A stretch of DNA of 64,000 bases from Tubulanus polymorphus (Eukaryota; Animalia; Nemertea). Made by a program: the position numbers and the translations under genes. The notes below the pieces were generated by a model. It ran no database searches, was not told the origin of the DNA, and was given only the letters and a program-made list of their open reading frames with translations. Where the stretch lies: the NCBI RefSeq assembly GCF_964204645.1, contig NC_134027.1:12060485-12124484 (forward strand), read 5' to 3'. Below are positions 62,855 through 64,000 of this stretch, one piece after another; position 1 is the first letter of the stretch; the number at the start of each line of letters is the position of its first letter.

Positions 62855-64000
62855 TCTGAATTTTCGTCTGGAATGGTTGTTGTTGTTTCTATTGTCTCAT
62901 AGCAACGAAATGAATTATGGGATAAATTTTGTGAGGATCTGAGTTTCCATGACATTGAACCTAATTAGCATATCTTATTGCTAGGATCAAATATATTCCC
63001 TGGGAATAGTTATTGCTAGCAACAAAGTTTGTCTATGAAACAGAAATTTGGTGCTAGCACTAACTATTCCCAGGGAATATATTTGATACCCAGAATAACC
63101 CTTATTGCTAGCACCAAATTATTCCATGTCTATGAAACCGGCCCCTGGTCTTCACAAATGAACCACACCTAGTAGAGGAAGTTAAACACCTTGCCCCAAT
63201 CGGCTCAAGCCACCATGATTGTCTCCTATTCCACATTGAAAATGTCAGCAAGCTCCACACTGCTATGAAATTAGGAAGAAAAAATTATAATAGAGGAAAC
63301 TACGAAAGCTTAAGACAATTCCTCAGGAATAATTTACTGGAGAATAACCTGGCTGAAATGAGTCTGGATGAATGCTGGGACCATATAAAAGAGAAAATAA
63401 AATGCGCAGAGGCAGAGCACATCCCTCAATATCACGCACCTCGCTGGAAACAACACTCTCCACTATGGATGACTAGCAACGCGATGTGTGAAGTCAAGAA
63501 AAAACACGCAGCATGGAAAAGGTATCTCGAACATAAAACCCCTGAAAATTACAGAAATTACCAAATAGCCAATAACTGCAGCAAAAAGCGAATCCAGAAA
63601 GACTGTCAGAGAGTACGAAAAGAACCTGTCACATGAAGTGAAAACAAACCCAAAGGCTTTCTGGAGGTATTGCAAAAGCAAAACTAGTGTCAGAAGTAGA
63701 ATTCCCGACCTACAGATACAAAACGCGGAACTGATAAATGACAACAAGCAAAAAGCAGACTCTTTCAACAAGTACTTTTCGGAAGTATTCAATATTGAAG
63801 ATGTAAGCAACATTCCTGATCCAATCATTACAAGGGAAAACACACAATAAGTACTCGACGAGATAACAGTGACTCGCGACATAGTCAAGAAGAAACTACT
63901 TGGACTCAAAGTCAATAAAAGTATGGAGCCAGACAATATCCACCCAAGAATCCTAAAAGAGGCAGGAAACGAACTGGCTGGTCCTTTAACTACTCTCTTC

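Larger units (their letters stand above)
57713..63144. mobile_element. Autonomous-type PIF/Harbinger transposon (transposase plus Myb/SANT gene, convergent), inactivated
   Basis: TIR GGGCCGGTTTCATAGACATG / CATGTCTATGAAACCGGCCC; flanks CTC and CTG. Confidence 0.95.
54670..64000 (+). mobile_element. CR1-clade LINE, near full-length 5' part, interrupted twice by Harbinger elements; runs off the window
   Basis: ORF1 with PHD-like Cys pattern and coiled coil; ORF2 APE endonuclease followed by the pre-RT region (NPKAFWRY, KADSFNKYF, GLKVNKSMEPDNIHPRILKE). The 5' boundary is approximate. Confidence 0.9.
57090..64000 (+). pseudogene. LINE ORF2 (APE endonuclease-RT), interrupted by Harbinger at 57713-63144
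   Basis: PDIICITEVKPK, GRGIAMY, IGCAYRNP, CGDFNLPEIDW; the joined empty site reads ILDLVFTNEPHLVEEVKHLAPIGSSHHDCL; stops and frameshifts downstream. Confidence 0.9.

Overview
This is AT-rich eukaryotic DNA from an invertebrate animal, probably a marine lophotrochozoan (inference). It is not prokaryotic, and most short ORFs in the track are spurious. Two spliced host genes lie on the minus strand. One is an ADAM/reprolysin (M12B) metalloprotease: 12 coding exons from the ATG at 12212 down to 5927, with no HExxH exon found in the window. The other is a HELZ2-like SF1B helicase plus RNB protein (19859->35460) whose RNB and Walker B acidic residues are substituted. From 35576 to the window end, apparently within one HELZ2-like intron, sits a nested stack of mobile DNA. 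A Helentron/DINE-like element is cut at 36473 by an intron-containing tyrosine-recombinase (CryptonV-like) element whose protein appears to begin with a PWWP-like exon and end in a Myb/SANT-like domain. Inside or next to it are a GalEa-type Ty1/copia element, a hAT transposon with a 6-bp TSD and a CR1-type LINE. The LINE is itself hit by a Harbinger MITE and a two-gene Harbinger, which carries a TA-TSD MITE and a Penelope-like hairpin. Many MITEs, microsatellites and palindromes fill the other introns. All calls come from manual reading, without database searches.
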